A DNA stretch of 31,428 nt from a virus (taxonomy: Duplodnaviria; Caudoviricetes): the IMG/VR virus record IMGVR_UViG_3300036546_000137, positions 1-31,428 of that record. One strand, 5' to 3'. The translations under genes were made by a program, and so were the position numbers. Positions within the stretch are counted from its first letter, which is position 1, and each line of letters opens with the position of its first letter. Shown in pieces: positions 1-9,648 of the stretch. The notes under the pieces were generated by a model, which saw nothing but the letters and a program-made list of their open reading frames with translations, did no database searches and was not told the DNA's origin.

Positions 1-582
1 ATTCTCAAGGATAGCATCTCTCGCGGTCTCTGCTTCGTGCAGTATCTCTGTGATGCGGTCGAGGTCGGCAAATACCGTCCACACCCCTTCATGGAATAAA
101 AGAAACTGTGCATCGTCGTATACGAACGCTCCCCAACGGTCAGACGGGGTGGCAAAAGCCCATGCGTCAGTCGCGTAGACTGCAACGTCTCCCGCATGCC
201 CGGCCCACATCCCAGAGGGAGCAGTTCCAACGATGTATCTGTCACCGTCCGTTGGAAGAGCAGGAGGTGTGTTGACTACTGCTATCACCTGATCCTGCCA
301 CAACACCCCGGCCGCAACAGAGTTGATCAGGATACGCAAGGCATTTCCCTGCCGTGCGTCCAGCACCTTACCGGGTATTTCAGTGGTGATGTTGTTCACT
401 ACGTTGCCCACCTCCACCAGTGCTTGCCTCAGCAGGTCGAGGGAGAGCTTGTACTGGATATGGGTATCAGGGGCAACGCCTGAGCCGGTTCCTGTTGCGG
501 GCTGGATCAGGACATTGTACAGCCAATCAAGGCTGGTTTTCTGCGCATGTTGGTTTATCGATTGTACTGCTGCTTCGCTCAT
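1..582 (-). CDS. DUF2793-domain fibre/spike protein, partial (runs off left edge; absent from ORF track)
   Basis: Manual translation from ATG at 582 (ATGA overlap, GGAGG upstream) is open for 194 codons: MSEAAVQSIN...VVNNITTEIPGKVLDARQG...PPALPTDGDRYIVGTAPSGMWAGHAGDVAVYATDAWAFATPSDRWGAFVYDD, which matches the DUF2793 pattern. Confidence 0.8.
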   Translation of the reverse strand, partial: MSEAAVQSINQHAQKTSLDWLYNVLIQPATGTGSGVAPDTHIQYKLSLDLLRQALVEVGNVVNNITTEIPGKVLDARQGNALRILINSVAAGVLWQDQVIAVVNTPPALPTDGDRYIVGTAPSGMWAGHAGDVAVYATDAWAFATPSDRWGAFVYDDAQFLLFHEGVWTVFADLDRITEILHEAETARDAILEN

Positions 583-896
583 TTTGTGCCTCCATCGAGA
601 ATCTTGATAATGTACTTGATGTCGTTTGCCATGACAGCCTGCTCGGTGCGCATCTCCGAGAGTTCAGATTGTGTAGACTTGTCCATGTTCCTTACCTCAT
701 CACGGATAAGGGCGTCCTCTGTCTTGCGTGCCTCCACCTCATGGTCAAGCTTTACCCCCATAGCCTCCACCGTCTGGGCTGTCTCATTAGTAAGGTCTAT
801 CGTCCGCACCGTAGAAGTAAAAAGAGGCACCACAATAACCAGTATCCCGAGAGCTTGTGCGAGCCGGGTCATCCAACATTTCTTACTGCTTTCCAT
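579..896 (-). CDS. Membrane-anchored coiled-coil protein, possibly holin/antiholin-like
   Basis: Start moved to ATG 896 (GGAGG 5 nt upstream); hydrophobic LAQALGILVIVVPLF followed by a charged helical region. Confidence 0.6.
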   Translation of the reverse strand: MESSKKCWMTRLAQALGILVIVVPLFTSTVRTIDLTNETAQTVEAMGVKLDHEVEARKTEDALIRDEVRNMDKSTQSELSEMRTEQAVMANDIKYIIKILDGGTK

Positions 897-1092
897 ATAA
901 ACCTCCAATGATCAAAGCCAGAGCAATACCGGCTGCATCTGCTAATAAGTCAAGGGCCATGTCCCTTGTGTCCTGATGGCCTGTATAGACCCACCTGTCA
1001 TACTCCCTGAGGAAGGCACATGCGATAGCTACATCGAGGCCGATGAAGGTGAGAAAGAAACAGGCGGTAAAGTGTTTTGCTTTATCATTCAT
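883..1092 (-). CDS. Small membrane protein, YfiM/VanZ-like
   Basis: DKxKHF...ExD...DxxADxxG motif between hydrophobic segments; overlaps both neighbours. Confidence 0.6.
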   Translation of the reverse strand: MNDKAKHFTACFFLTFIGLDVAIACAFLREYDRWVYTGHQDTRDMALDLLADAAGIALALIIGGLYGKQ

Positions 1093-1381
1093 GAGGAACC
1101 TCCGGCCAAACGATATTGTTAGGGAAACCTTCTTGCTGGGGAACGTCTAAGAGAGCTTGGCGGTAGGCTCTCCAAGCGTCCTTCTCTGGGGCTGTAAGGG
1201 CTTCCCAGCGCATAGGATTGACTGTGTCAACAACTTCCTTGAGCAGGGTGTTACGGCGTGCTCTAATGGCTATACCTATTTTTTCTTCTTGATATATACC
1301 AAATTCTTCTTCTGTGAGTTCTATAGCACCCTCAATGTAATCCCCTGCAAAAATATCATTATCTAATTTCCAAAACTTCAT
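1085..1381 (-). CDS. Tail fibre assembly chaperone (Tfa/gp38-like)
   Basis: RARRNTLL...RWEALT..EKDAWRAYRQALLDVPQQEGFP.NIVWP motif directly after the fibre gene. Confidence 0.88.
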   Translation of the reverse strand: MKFWKLDNDIFAGDYIEGAIELTEEEFGIYQEEKIGIAIRARRNTLLKEVVDTVNPMRWEALTAPEKDAWRAYRQALLDVPQQEGFPNNIVWPEVPHE

Positions 1382-4300
1382 AATGCAACTCCATACTGTG
1401 CAGTAGCTACCTTTATATTACTTATTTCACAATTCAGTCCAGTACCTATTCTCCTCGCATATACCTGAACTTTATCACCAGAAACAATAGATATAGTATT
1501 TGAGAATGTAGTAGAACCACTAGATATCATTCTTTCTGTACCAACGGCAACACCATTAACATATACCCTAGCTCTAAACCAGCTTGAACCGGAACCGCTA
1601 GGAATTGCCATCGTAAACATTACATTAATCGTGCCACTATACCATAATCTACATTCAAAATATTTAGTAAAGCTTGTCGGTTCAACAGTCTGTGTCTCAA
1701 GGCGACTAAAAACTGTATATGTACCTGCTGTAACAGAAACTGAAATCGGCCCAGCAACATTAAGGCTTTTAAAATATCCGTTATTGAAAGGCCAACTTGA
1801 CGTTCCTAATGCACTTGCTCCACCAGAAGCATAAGGAATAAGCCCATTAAGTGGGGTCCTCAACCAATTCGAATCGGTACCATCAGAATGCACCAAGCCG
1901 GGATAACCACTTAAAATCTTGGTGAGCAAAGGAGACATCCCTACTGTTTGCCCAGCAGGTTTTATATTTGCTCCGCTAAGATATGCTGTGTTGAATCTCT
2001 CATCATTCGTCCCAATATCATAGCTCCCCGGATTCCCCGCTTGCGTCCCCCAAGGGAAGATGTGCTTGACCTCAATACCTCCAGCAACCGCCTGAAAATT
2101 GATTGCTTGGGTAACTGCCAAAGATGTGTAGACGCCAATACTTGTTCCTTCTTGGAATTTATCTACTGTGACCACACCACCAGAGGTATAGAAGGTAATC
2201 GAGTTGGCATTCTTGGTAAGCCTAGTAACGGTGTACAGCGTTCCATTCACGCGTATCTGTCCGCCATCACAGAAACCATCGGCACCTACTGCGAGGCTGG
2301 AGAAGAGATTGTAAAAAGCAGTGCCAGAACAGTAGTTAGCGATACTGTTCTGGTTGTAGGAACCGATTGTCCAAGTTTTAGTGTTTGAATAGTAGGCGCT
2401 GGGTTCTGGCGCGATTACTTTGTATGATGTGTCTCCATTCACTAAGACAAGGCCGGTAAAAACTTGGTTGCTATACATTCTAAGATAATCAACATGGGAA
2501 CCTTGGCTGCCCCACCATGCCCATGAACCATGGGCCATTGCAAATCTGGTATATGTAGGATCCAGGCTTACTGTACCACTCCCGGAATAGTTTTCCCCAA
2601 ACTCTCTAATAAAATCTACTACTCCAGTTTTACGAATAAATCTATTCCTACCAGATTCCATGCCAAGGTCAGCATCAGCAGACATCCTAAATAAAGCTCT
2701 TTCTGAATAATTTCCTGAGTAATATCCTTTTATTGTATAATAAAATGTATTACCAAATATTCTATCTGGATTCAATTTTGTAAATATGTGGGCTTCCTGG
2801 GCTGAAATAGTTTCACTCTCATACCCATGACTAGCCAGTAAAACTCTCTGGTTACTTCTTCTGGTTGCCTTTGTAAAACTGTATCCTTCAATAGTGCCGG
2901 ACAGCGTAGCTAGCATATCCTGGCTGGTAACCAAGGCCTCCATCTCAGAGTGTTTCCAAAGAGTGGGAGAGATCGTAGAAACCCCTATGGTGGTACCACC
3001 CTCTTCCTGGAGGGTACGGAAACCAGATGCTTCCAAGTTGCCATATATCATTGCTGAATAGGCTTCAAGGCCAAGTGCCTTGATCAGACCCTTTACACCG
3101 TCAATCTTGAAGCCTGCGGTCGGGACTCCTGAAGCGTCTTCTGCGTAGTTTGGTGACTTAAGAATGCCGGCTACGATGAGGTCAAAGAAAAGACCGAGCT
3201 GGGCTACCAGAACGGCTACGAACATGTAGGTGTTCGAGTTCTTTGCTATCTCAAGAGCGTCCTTTTGTGCAGCAGAAAAGTGTTCGCTCTTTCTGCTCTC
3301 CTGCCATTGGTCAACACCTCCAGAGTCCTTTCCCTTGTACTCATAAATACGGCCATAGATGAATTCATTTATATCAGCCATAGCAGGATTGAGTCCCTGG
3401 TCTCCAGGATCGCTGCTAGGGCCAGAGTATGAACCTACATATAAGAAATAATCACCTACTATTAAAGGACCTTCTGTAGTAAGTTCTGGTACATCGTTGA
3501 GTGCACCGAGATACATTGGTATAGGTGTCCCATCGGAAACCTTAGTAATGCCTACAACCCCTGTATACGTCTCACCACCATAAGTAATAGAAACAGTTAT
3601 GAGTGTAGAATCCCCAGACACGAGTGAGCAGTCCAATATCCTTTTGTAGGGGTCGTATACTCCTTCTGCAATTTCTATCTCCGATAAGCTCCCTTCATCC
3701 GTAGCAGTCCAGACAGCACTCTCTATAGGCAAGTTTGATGGAACACAAGTAATTTCAATTTCTTGTGTCTTGAGTTCGCCACGACTTGATACGTTAATAA
3801 CAGACTGTGAGGCTGTTAATGTGATTACTCTAGCGTCTGCTCCGTTTGCACCAGTAACACGTGTCACTTCCCATGTGCTGGGCCATACCTCTGGTGGGGT
3901 GTATGTACCCTCTCTTCTCCAGACGAACTCACCTTCTCCTGGAGTGGGTGCAATAGAGGACCAAACATTGCCATTATCGACCCCGAGCAATGATCCGGTG
4001 GTTCCTACAATAGCTGCGTCAGTTCCTACCAAAGTGCCACCAGATGTATATGGCGCGTCCAATGTCCCAAGAGCATATTGGATAACCATACGGGTTCCGG
4101 CAGCTCCATCAGACACAAGCGTGACAGCAATCTCCGCCTCAAGAGGTTTGTCCTGAAAATTGATACCAGGGATAGTACCTTCTGCTCTTATGGTATTCAC
4201 ACCGACAAGCATCTCACTATGATAGAGTGATATTGTCTCTCCTGTACCCTTATATACATCATTCAGATACCAGAGCACTGACCCCCCGTACACAGAGAGT

Positions 4301-5886
4301 AAATCGCCATTGGCAGTCAGGTCTATATGAGATAGATCATCATATTTCAGCAGCGTTGCCTCTGTCTGAATGGAGAGCATATCCACCCCGGCTCTGCGGA
4401 GGATGGAAGTTACTTGCTCATCGGTATCAACAGTGATCTCACTGAGAGCTGTTACGCTCTCTGCAATCACATCTACCAGTTGCCTGGTCTTATCCCCACC
4501 GGAGTCTATGACAGAAATGATCCTTACGTAACCGGAAAAGCCTAGAGCTGCCGGGTCAAGCTTTACAATCTCTCCAGGAACCAAACCCAAAGAAGGCAAT
4601 GCCTGGAATGAGTGAGTAAGGTTACCTGTGGTCGAGCGTAGCACAATTGCCCTGAGCAGCGCGTTTGCAGTTATCCCGGAGTGTAGGTACCTAGCCTCGT
4701 ATTTCTCAGGATTCTGCCCCTGGTGTACTTGGGTGGTTTGTTCGTCCTCTTCATCGGTGTACCAGCAATCACAAATAGCATCCATGCGCTCTACCAGTGT
4801 CTTGCGCTTCGCTACCTGGATGTACATGCGCGCAGATCCATCCTCGTTGTCAGAGATATGGCCTATGCCCTGATTAGTATCCTTTGAACCGTCATGGAAC
4901 TTAATCTTCGTCCTGAGCGTTGAGTAGTCATACCGGAGTATCTTGCGCTTAGATTTCTCCAGATCATTTGTGGCAAGCGTTACATTTTGGTAAGCGGATG
5001 GTGGCCACTGGCCCTCATCAGGATTAAGCCACTCATAGCCACGTCCCCATGTCTTATCGTCGGCGTATCGGCTATCCATCGCATCATGACGTCCAATGGT
5101 ACAAGGGCCTTTGACTACCGGGTAATAGGTAATCACCGCACCCTTTCTGGCATCGTCACCGCGCTTAGGTGTAACGTAGTTTTTGATATCCGCATTGGTA
5201 ATGGTACGCACTCCGCTAGGGGTAGTAGCTGGGACACTAGGAGCAAAGTGTAACTTCCCATCCTCACTACACCGGTATTGGAGATTGTATTCATAGCAGA
5301 CAGTGTCCAGAATAGCATTGACATAATCACCAGTTTCAACGGTAAGACCGTCTGCATCGATGGTCTTGTCTATACCGGAGTCTATGACAATGTCAGCCTC
5401 AGCAAAGGCCGGTACGTAAGCTCCCAGTGAATCCTTGACTGTGGCATGGCCTACAAGCCAGTGGATGAGACTGTCAGATGGAGTATCGCTGATAACCTTG
5501 AGATTACTGGAGAGCGTTGCGTCAGCGGTGAATATGTATGCCTCAAGATAATGGGTATCATCGAGGATCTCTACAGAGATAGGCTTAATGACTTCTCTTA
5601 CATCGCTAGAGATCAGTGGTCTGATAGTCCCCACAAAATACGGGGTGTCGTCGTCATAGGTAAGCCGTGCGCGAATGTTGTTGGTCGCAGTAAGGATTCG
5701 TACAGCAAGAGCCTCAAGGCCAACAACCGGCTTTAGGCGCATAGAGACGGTTTGCATCTCTGCCTTGCCCTTAGGTCCAAAGCAGCTCTTACGAGAGAAC
5801 CCATCGTTCAGCAGTCCATCAGAGAAATCCTCCCAGGTACCGCCTCCGGTCTTTGCATATTCAGAGAAGTTTAAGAATAGCTTCAT
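1378..5886 (-). CDS. Large tail tip / central fibre (host-specificity) protein, 1502 aa
   Basis: Directly follows the tape measure gene and precedes a Tfa; beta-rich Gly/Ser/Thr C-terminal half with two IxP...(Y)DLG...F fibre motifs. Confidence 0.8.
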   Translation of the reverse strand: MKLFLNFSEYAKTGGGTWEDFSDGLLNDGFSRKSCFGPKGKAEMQTVSMRLKPVVGLEALAVRILTATNNIRARLTYDDDTPYFVGTIRPLISSDVREVIKPISVEILDDTHYLEAYIFTADATLSSNLKVISDTPSDSLIHWLVGHATVKDSLGAYVPAFAEADIVIDSGIDKTIDADGLTVETGDYVNAILDTVCYEYNLQYRCSEDGKLHFAPSVPATTPSGVRTITNADIKNYVTPKRGDDARKGAVITYYPVVKGPCTIGRHDAMDSRYADDKTWGRGYEWLNPDEGQWPPSAYQNVTLATNDLEKSKRKILRYDYSTLRTKIKFHDGSKDTNQGIGHISDNEDGSARMYIQVAKRKTLVERMDAICDCWYTDEEDEQTTQVHQGQNPEKYEARYLHSGITANALLRAIVLRSTTGNLTHSFQALPSLGLVPGEIVKLDPAALGFSGYVRIISVIDSGGDKTRQLVDVIAESVTALSEITVDTDEQVTSILRRAGVDMLSIQTEATLLKYDDLSHIDLTANGDLLSVYGGSVLWYLNDVYKGTGETISLYHSEMLVGVNTIRAEGTIPGINFQDKPLEAEIAVTLVSDGAAGTRMVIQYALGTLDAPYTSGGTLVGTDAAIVGTTGSLLGVDNGNVWSSIAPTPGEGEFVWRREGTYTPPEVWPSTWEVTRVTGANGADARVITLTASQSVINVSSRGELKTQEIEITCVPSNLPIESAVWTATDEGSLSEIEIAEGVYDPYKRILDCSLVSGDSTLITVSITYGGETYTGVVGITKVSDGTPIPMYLGALNDVPELTTEGPLIVGDYFLYVGSYSGPSSDPGDQGLNPAMADINEFIYGRIYEYKGKDSGGVDQWQESRKSEHFSAAQKDALEIAKNSNTYMFVAVLVAQLGLFFDLIVAGILKSPNYAEDASGVPTAGFKIDGVKGLIKALGLEAYSAMIYGNLEASGFRTLQEEGGTTIGVSTISPTLWKHSEMEALVTSQDMLATLSGTIEGYSFTKATRRSNQRVLLASHGYESETISAQEAHIFTKLNPDRIFGNTFYYTIKGYYSGNYSERALFRMSADADLGMESGRNRFIRKTGVVDFIREFGENYSGSGTVSLDPTYTRFAMAHGSWAWWGSQGSHVDYLRMYSNQVFTGLVLVNGDTSYKVIAPEPSAYYSNTKTWTIGSYNQNSIANYCSGTAFYNLFSSLAVGADGFCDGGQIRVNGTLYTVTRLTKNANSITFYTSGGVVTVDKFQEGTSIGVYTSLAVTQAINFQAVAGGIEVKHIFPWGTQAGNPGSYDIGTNDERFNTAYLSGANIKPAGQTVGMSPLLTKILSGYPGLVHSDGTDSNWLRTPLNGLIPYASGGASALGTSSWPFNNGYFKSLNVAGPISVSVTAGTYTVFSRLETQTVEPTSFTKYFECRLWYSGTINVMFTMAIPSGSGSSWFRARVYVNGVAVGTERMISSGSTTFSNTISIVSGDKVQVYARRIGTGLNCEISNIKVATAQYGVAL

Positions 5887-8597
5887 GCTGCATACCTCCA
5901 GCGAGGCAATGCCCCTGTCCTCTGCGCTCTCTCAATAGCCTCAAATATCGCTCTCACTAAATCATCCATGCTATATACATTCCCTGTACTGATATTCAGA
6001 TTGATCACCCCGCAATTATTGAAGCCCATATCATCGGCCTTGGAGAGGGGGAGTACCATCTCCGGTTCTCCTCCTTCACCAATAAGAGCGGTAGTAGGTC
6101 CAGTTACGACTCCGCCTTCTGCGAGCGGTGTATACTGCTGACTAGCGATAGTAGCTATCTGAGCTCCTACCGTAGCTACAGAGAGCCCGGTAAGAATGCC
6201 CGCGTATACAGGGTTAGCCGCCCAAGCGCTCCAGATACTTGCAACAGCCTGAGCGCCGGATATGGTAGCTTGCATAATGGAATTAGCCTTATCAGCGGCA
6301 AATTGTTTACGCTTAAGCTCATCCATCTGTTTCATCAGTTCTTCTTCTGAATCAGCGTTCTCTTCTTCTGAGGTTGTCTTTGCGTCGCTAAGAGCGGTTA
6401 AGGAATCATAGTACTCTTCTGCGCTTATCCGTCCCCATTGGTACTGAGCGTCCAAAGAATCGCGGTCAGCCTTATACTTATCCTGAATCTCGGAGTAATA
6501 GGCGTCCCACGCGTCCTGCTGTTTATCGAGAGTCTCCTGGAGCTGGTTTATCTGATTCTGATAAAGTTGATTGGTCAAAGAAGAAAGAGAATTAAAGAGA
6601 TCCTTGTATCCATCGGCAAAGGCATTCAGGAATTCACCTGATCGATCCTCTACTTCGGTGATTGCGTTACGCTGCTCTTTAAGGGCTGCGATGATCTCTT
6701 GTATAGCTTTCTCTTCTTCGCCCCCCGCCTCTGCGGCTTCCAGGTAACTCTCAGCAAGAGTGATATTGGAATCAATTGCAGAGAGCTGTGCAGTCTGGCT
6801 CAGCGTTCTATTCTGCCCTATGAAATCACTAGCTGTAGGGTTTTCTGGTTCTTTGGATAATGACTTAATCTTTTCCTGATCAAGAGCGATTTGCTGAGAA
6901 AGTGCCTCTGCTGCTATCTCCGCTTCTTCCCTGGTAAGCTCCCCGGATTTTACCTTTAAGGCTAAGCTATCACGGAGAGCAATATTCTCTAGGATACGGT
7001 CTTGGAGAGCTCGCTTCTGTGCTGCCTCCGTTGAGCCCGTGGCAGCCATGATGCTTTCAAAGATATCTTCTTGCTCAGTAAGGAGAGCCTTTTGCTCTCT
7101 CAGTGAATCGATAATTTCCCTAAGCTCGATTGCTTCCTGGCTGGTAGATGATACCGTCTCAAGGTGTGCCTCAGCTATCGCTATCTCGGCATCAATAGCC
7201 GCTTCCTGTGCGCTGAGCGAATACATAGTGTTCTCGCCTATATATTCAGCAGCAGTAGGAGGGGGGTCCGTCTGGCCGAAGCTATTGAGCTTCTCTCTGT
7301 CCAGCTTGATTTGCTGATCAAGCATCTCCTTGGCAAGATCAGCTTCTTCCTGAGTCATCTTCTTGGAGGATACCTGTAAATCAAGATGATCTCTTAGATG
7401 CTTATTCTCGGTTATCCTGTCCTGGAGTACCTTCTTCTGAGCTGCTTCGGTTGCGCTGGTTGCTGAAAGGATCTGTTCGTAAAGTGAGAGTTTGTCTTCT
7501 CCTCCAGCTCCGCCGGTATCATCAGTGGAAGTCTCCTTAGTAACTCCAGTACCTGTAGCTGGCTTTGGTAATAACTCACGGCGATCAAGCTCTGCCTTTG
7601 CTGCATCTAAAACATCAAATGTTGAGCTCCAAAAAGACAGGCTTCGATCCCCATTCTTTCTTGCAATCTCTTCTTCGAGCTCATTGATACTTCTAAGGAT
7701 ATAATCAGTTGGAATTTCTGTAAGATTACTATCCCAGAAATCCTCTTTATAAAGTTTATCCTCTTCTCGAGCCTTATTTGCTGTATCGAGCCATTTTTGT
7801 ATTCGCTCAAGCTCAGTCTGGATAAACCCAAACGCCGGTTCAATTGAGCCGACAATCATTTCACCTAGGCCTTCCTTGATATCTCCCATGAGATTGTTGA
7901 TCTGCTGCATCTTACCGATATCTGTTGCAGCTACCTCACGAGCAATCCCCCCATAAGCAGAGGCTACTTTATCCAGGATGATGCGTTGGGCATCCATGAG
8001 CCGGTTGCTGTTTACCAGCTCCTTGATTTTATCCTTTTCAGACTGGGTAAAAAATACGTTCTTTTCTTTTAGTGATTCAAGGCCGGATATCGGGTCAGCC
8101 ATCGCGCGTGCCATGATTTTAGCAGCGCTCGCTCCATCGGTTCCCATTGCCTCAGCCATATCGAGAGAGAGCTCAATAACCTCTGGGAGCTGTTCCTTGG
8201 TAAGCTTCTGAGTAGCGATGAATATCTGTTGCATCGGCAGGATCATTTCATCGCCGAATCTGGTTACTGCCTGGAAGCCAGAGGCCATGTTGCCAAGCTC
8301 AGTAGCATTCATGCCTATCTGGTTGCCGGTAGCCCTGAGGGTGCCTTGTAAACGAAGTTCAGCTTGCGCTTGAACCGTGTAGAGATCCACCAGCTCTTTA
8401 GTGCTGTTGACTACTTTTCCTACAGCGCGCGATACCGTCCCAATTGCATTCGTCCAAACTCCAAGACCTGCTACAAAACCAGTAGAAGAAGGCAATTTAC
8501 TGATGCCGGTAAGTTGGGATGATATTTTATTCAGCGCGTTTTGCGCTTCCTGAGAATTGCTCGTTACATTAACTTTAAGATTTGCTGCTTTTCCCAT
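5883..8597 (-). CDS. Tail tape measure protein
   Basis: 904 aa helical Ala/Glu/Gln-rich protein after the chaperones; lambda-H-like N-terminal region and C-terminal LAEGGVVTGPTTALIGEGGEPE motif. Confidence 0.93.
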   Translation of the reverse strand: MGKAANLKVNVTSNSQEAQNALNKISSQLTGISKLPSSTGFVAGLGVWTNAIGTVSRAVGKVVNSTKELVDLYTVQAQAELRLQGTLRATGNQIGMNATELGNMASGFQAVTRFGDEMILPMQQIFIATQKLTKEQLPEVIELSLDMAEAMGTDGASAAKIMARAMADPISGLESLKEKNVFFTQSEKDKIKELVNSNRLMDAQRIILDKVASAYGGIAREVAATDIGKMQQINNLMGDIKEGLGEMIVGSIEPAFGFIQTELERIQKWLDTANKAREEDKLYKEDFWDSNLTEIPTDYILRSINELEEEIARKNGDRSLSFWSSTFDVLDAAKAELDRRELLPKPATGTGVTKETSTDDTGGAGGEDKLSLYEQILSATSATEAAQKKVLQDRITENKHLRDHLDLQVSSKKMTQEEADLAKEMLDQQIKLDREKLNSFGQTDPPPTAAEYIGENTMYSLSAQEAAIDAEIAIAEAHLETVSSTSQEAIELREIIDSLREQKALLTEQEDIFESIMAATGSTEAAQKRALQDRILENIALRDSLALKVKSGELTREEAEIAAEALSQQIALDQEKIKSLSKEPENPTASDFIGQNRTLSQTAQLSAIDSNITLAESYLEAAEAGGEEEKAIQEIIAALKEQRNAITEVEDRSGEFLNAFADGYKDLFNSLSSLTNQLYQNQINQLQETLDKQQDAWDAYYSEIQDKYKADRDSLDAQYQWGRISAEEYYDSLTALSDAKTTSEEENADSEEELMKQMDELKRKQFAADKANSIMQATISGAQAVASIWSAWAANPVYAGILTGLSVATVGAQIATIASQQYTPLAEGGVVTGPTTALIGEGGEPEMVLPLSKADDMGFNNCGVINLNISTGNVYSMDDLVRAIFEAIERAQRTGALPRWRYAA

Positions 8598-8863
8598 TAC
8601 ATCATCCTCGGGTGGTAATAATTATCAAGAGGTGCTAGTGTATCCACCACGTCTACCAGCACTCCAGGATTAAATCCCCATGGGCCAAATGGATATCCCA
8701 TTATTTTCCAACGTTCGTAAAACCGGATGCAGGATAGCAAATAGGTATCACTAAACATCTCCGGTATATCGTCCAGACGGACCTCTAAACCAATCTTGAA
8801 AATTGTAGTCCTGTCCGGTTTCCCATAGAGGCGCCGATAATTGGCGGTGTACCCTTCAGCCAT
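8597..8863 (-). CDS. C-terminal (T) part of frameshifted tail assembly chaperone GT
   Basis: In the -1 frame of the upstream chaperone and open from the slippery site (KRLRALYAAMAEG...). Confidence 0.8.
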   Translation of the reverse strand: MAEGYTANYRRLYGKPDRTTIFKIGLEVRLDDIPEMFSDTYLLSCIRFYERWKIMGYPFGPWGFNPGVLVDVVDTLAPLDNYYHPRMM

Positions 8864-8880
8864 CGCCGCATACAGCGCCC

Positions 8881-9192
8881 TTAGCCGTTTTTTATATCAG
8901 TCCCCAGCATGCCCGATTTGACAATTGCAGTAGCAACCTCATTTACCAGGGCGTAAGTACCAGACATCTTGGGAATGTCTGCGGGTTTGATTTCTTCACC
9001 CTTGTCATCGGTGAAAGTGCTCGACTCGGTATACAAGACAAACATTTTTGCATTGCTGGTTTTCTCGGCAAGGTGCTTCTCGATTTCTTCCGCTGTAGGA
9101 ACGCGGTAGGTAATTGTTGAAGGCACTGTCTCTTTATCGTTACCAAAAGACTTCGGGGTGATTGTGCGTGTCTTGCTGATTGAAAGAATCAT
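8881..9192 (-). CDS. Tail assembly chaperone (G)
   Basis: Position between tail tube and tape measure; AGGAG RBS; ends in a slippery heptamer. Confidence 0.85.
   Translation of the reverse strand: MILSISKTRTITPKSFGNDKETVPSTITYRVPTAEEIEKHLAEKTSNAKMFVLYTESSTFTDDKGEEIKPADIPKMSGTYALVNEVATAIVKSGMLGTDIKNG
8887..8893 (-). other. -1 programmed ribosomal frameshift site A AAA AAC
   Basis: ATA AAA AAC GGC TAA fits X XXY YYZ; the -1 frame joins the 8597..8863 ORF without a stop. Confidence 0.85.
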
Positions 9193-9214
9193 AGAATCTC
9201 CTTAGGGAAATAGT

Positions 9215-9234
9215 CCGGGGGAACATTCCCCCGG
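9215..9234 (-). terminator. GC-rich hairpin after tail tube gene (weak terminator or mRNA stabiliser)
   Basis: CCGGGGGAA-TG-TTCCCCCGG inverted repeat followed only by ACTATTT. Confidence 0.6.
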
Positions 9235-9238
9235 GTCG

Positions 9239-9637
9239 TTATGCGACAGGCAACGCTGATGCTAAGGCTCCGGTGCCCTGGAAGTTGGCAGAGAAGGAAA
9301 CCTTTCCTGCGAACTCAACTCCAACCTGGATACTGGTAAGCAAAGCGTTTCCGCTGAACTTGTTGGTAGCATCCAACGCTAACTCCAAAGCGACATCAGC
9401 AACATCTCCACTGGTCATAGAGGTGATCATAGCTTTCTGCTGTGCATCAGACGGGTCAAGGCTTCCGCTCATGGAACCGGACCAGTCCTTGACAGTAGCC
9501 AAGAATTCTTTCCAGTCTTGACCGAGCTGATTTGCCTCCTGAGTTCCACTGTTGATCGTAAGGCTCCAGTTATCGATATAGCCTACCGCCGCTGCTCCAA
9601 CACTGATGCTTCCATCCTTTCCTGCTAAAGCTCCCAT
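9239..9637 (-). CDS. Major tail (tube) protein
   Basis: GKDG start, IDNWSLTIN, WKEFLATVKDWSGSMSG, FSGNALLTS, VSFSANFQGTGAL: siphophage tail tube pattern. Confidence 0.92.
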   Translation of the reverse strand: MGALAGKDGSISVGAAAVGYIDNWSLTINSGTQEANQLGQDWKEFLATVKDWSGSMSGSLDPSDAQQKAMITSMTSGDVADVALELALDATNKFSGNALLTSIQVGVEFAGKVSFSANFQGTGALASALPVA

Positions 9638-9648
9638 GTATTACTCCC

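Noticed and set aside
196-911. Four overlapping plus-strand ORFs at the left end
   Set aside because: Antisense shadows of minus-strand genes that have RBSs, coupling and recognisable motifs.
1378-2900. Diversity-generating retroelement or invertible tail cassette
   Set aside because: No reverse transcriptase, no adenine-variant template repeat and no inverted duplicate fibre ends seen in the window.
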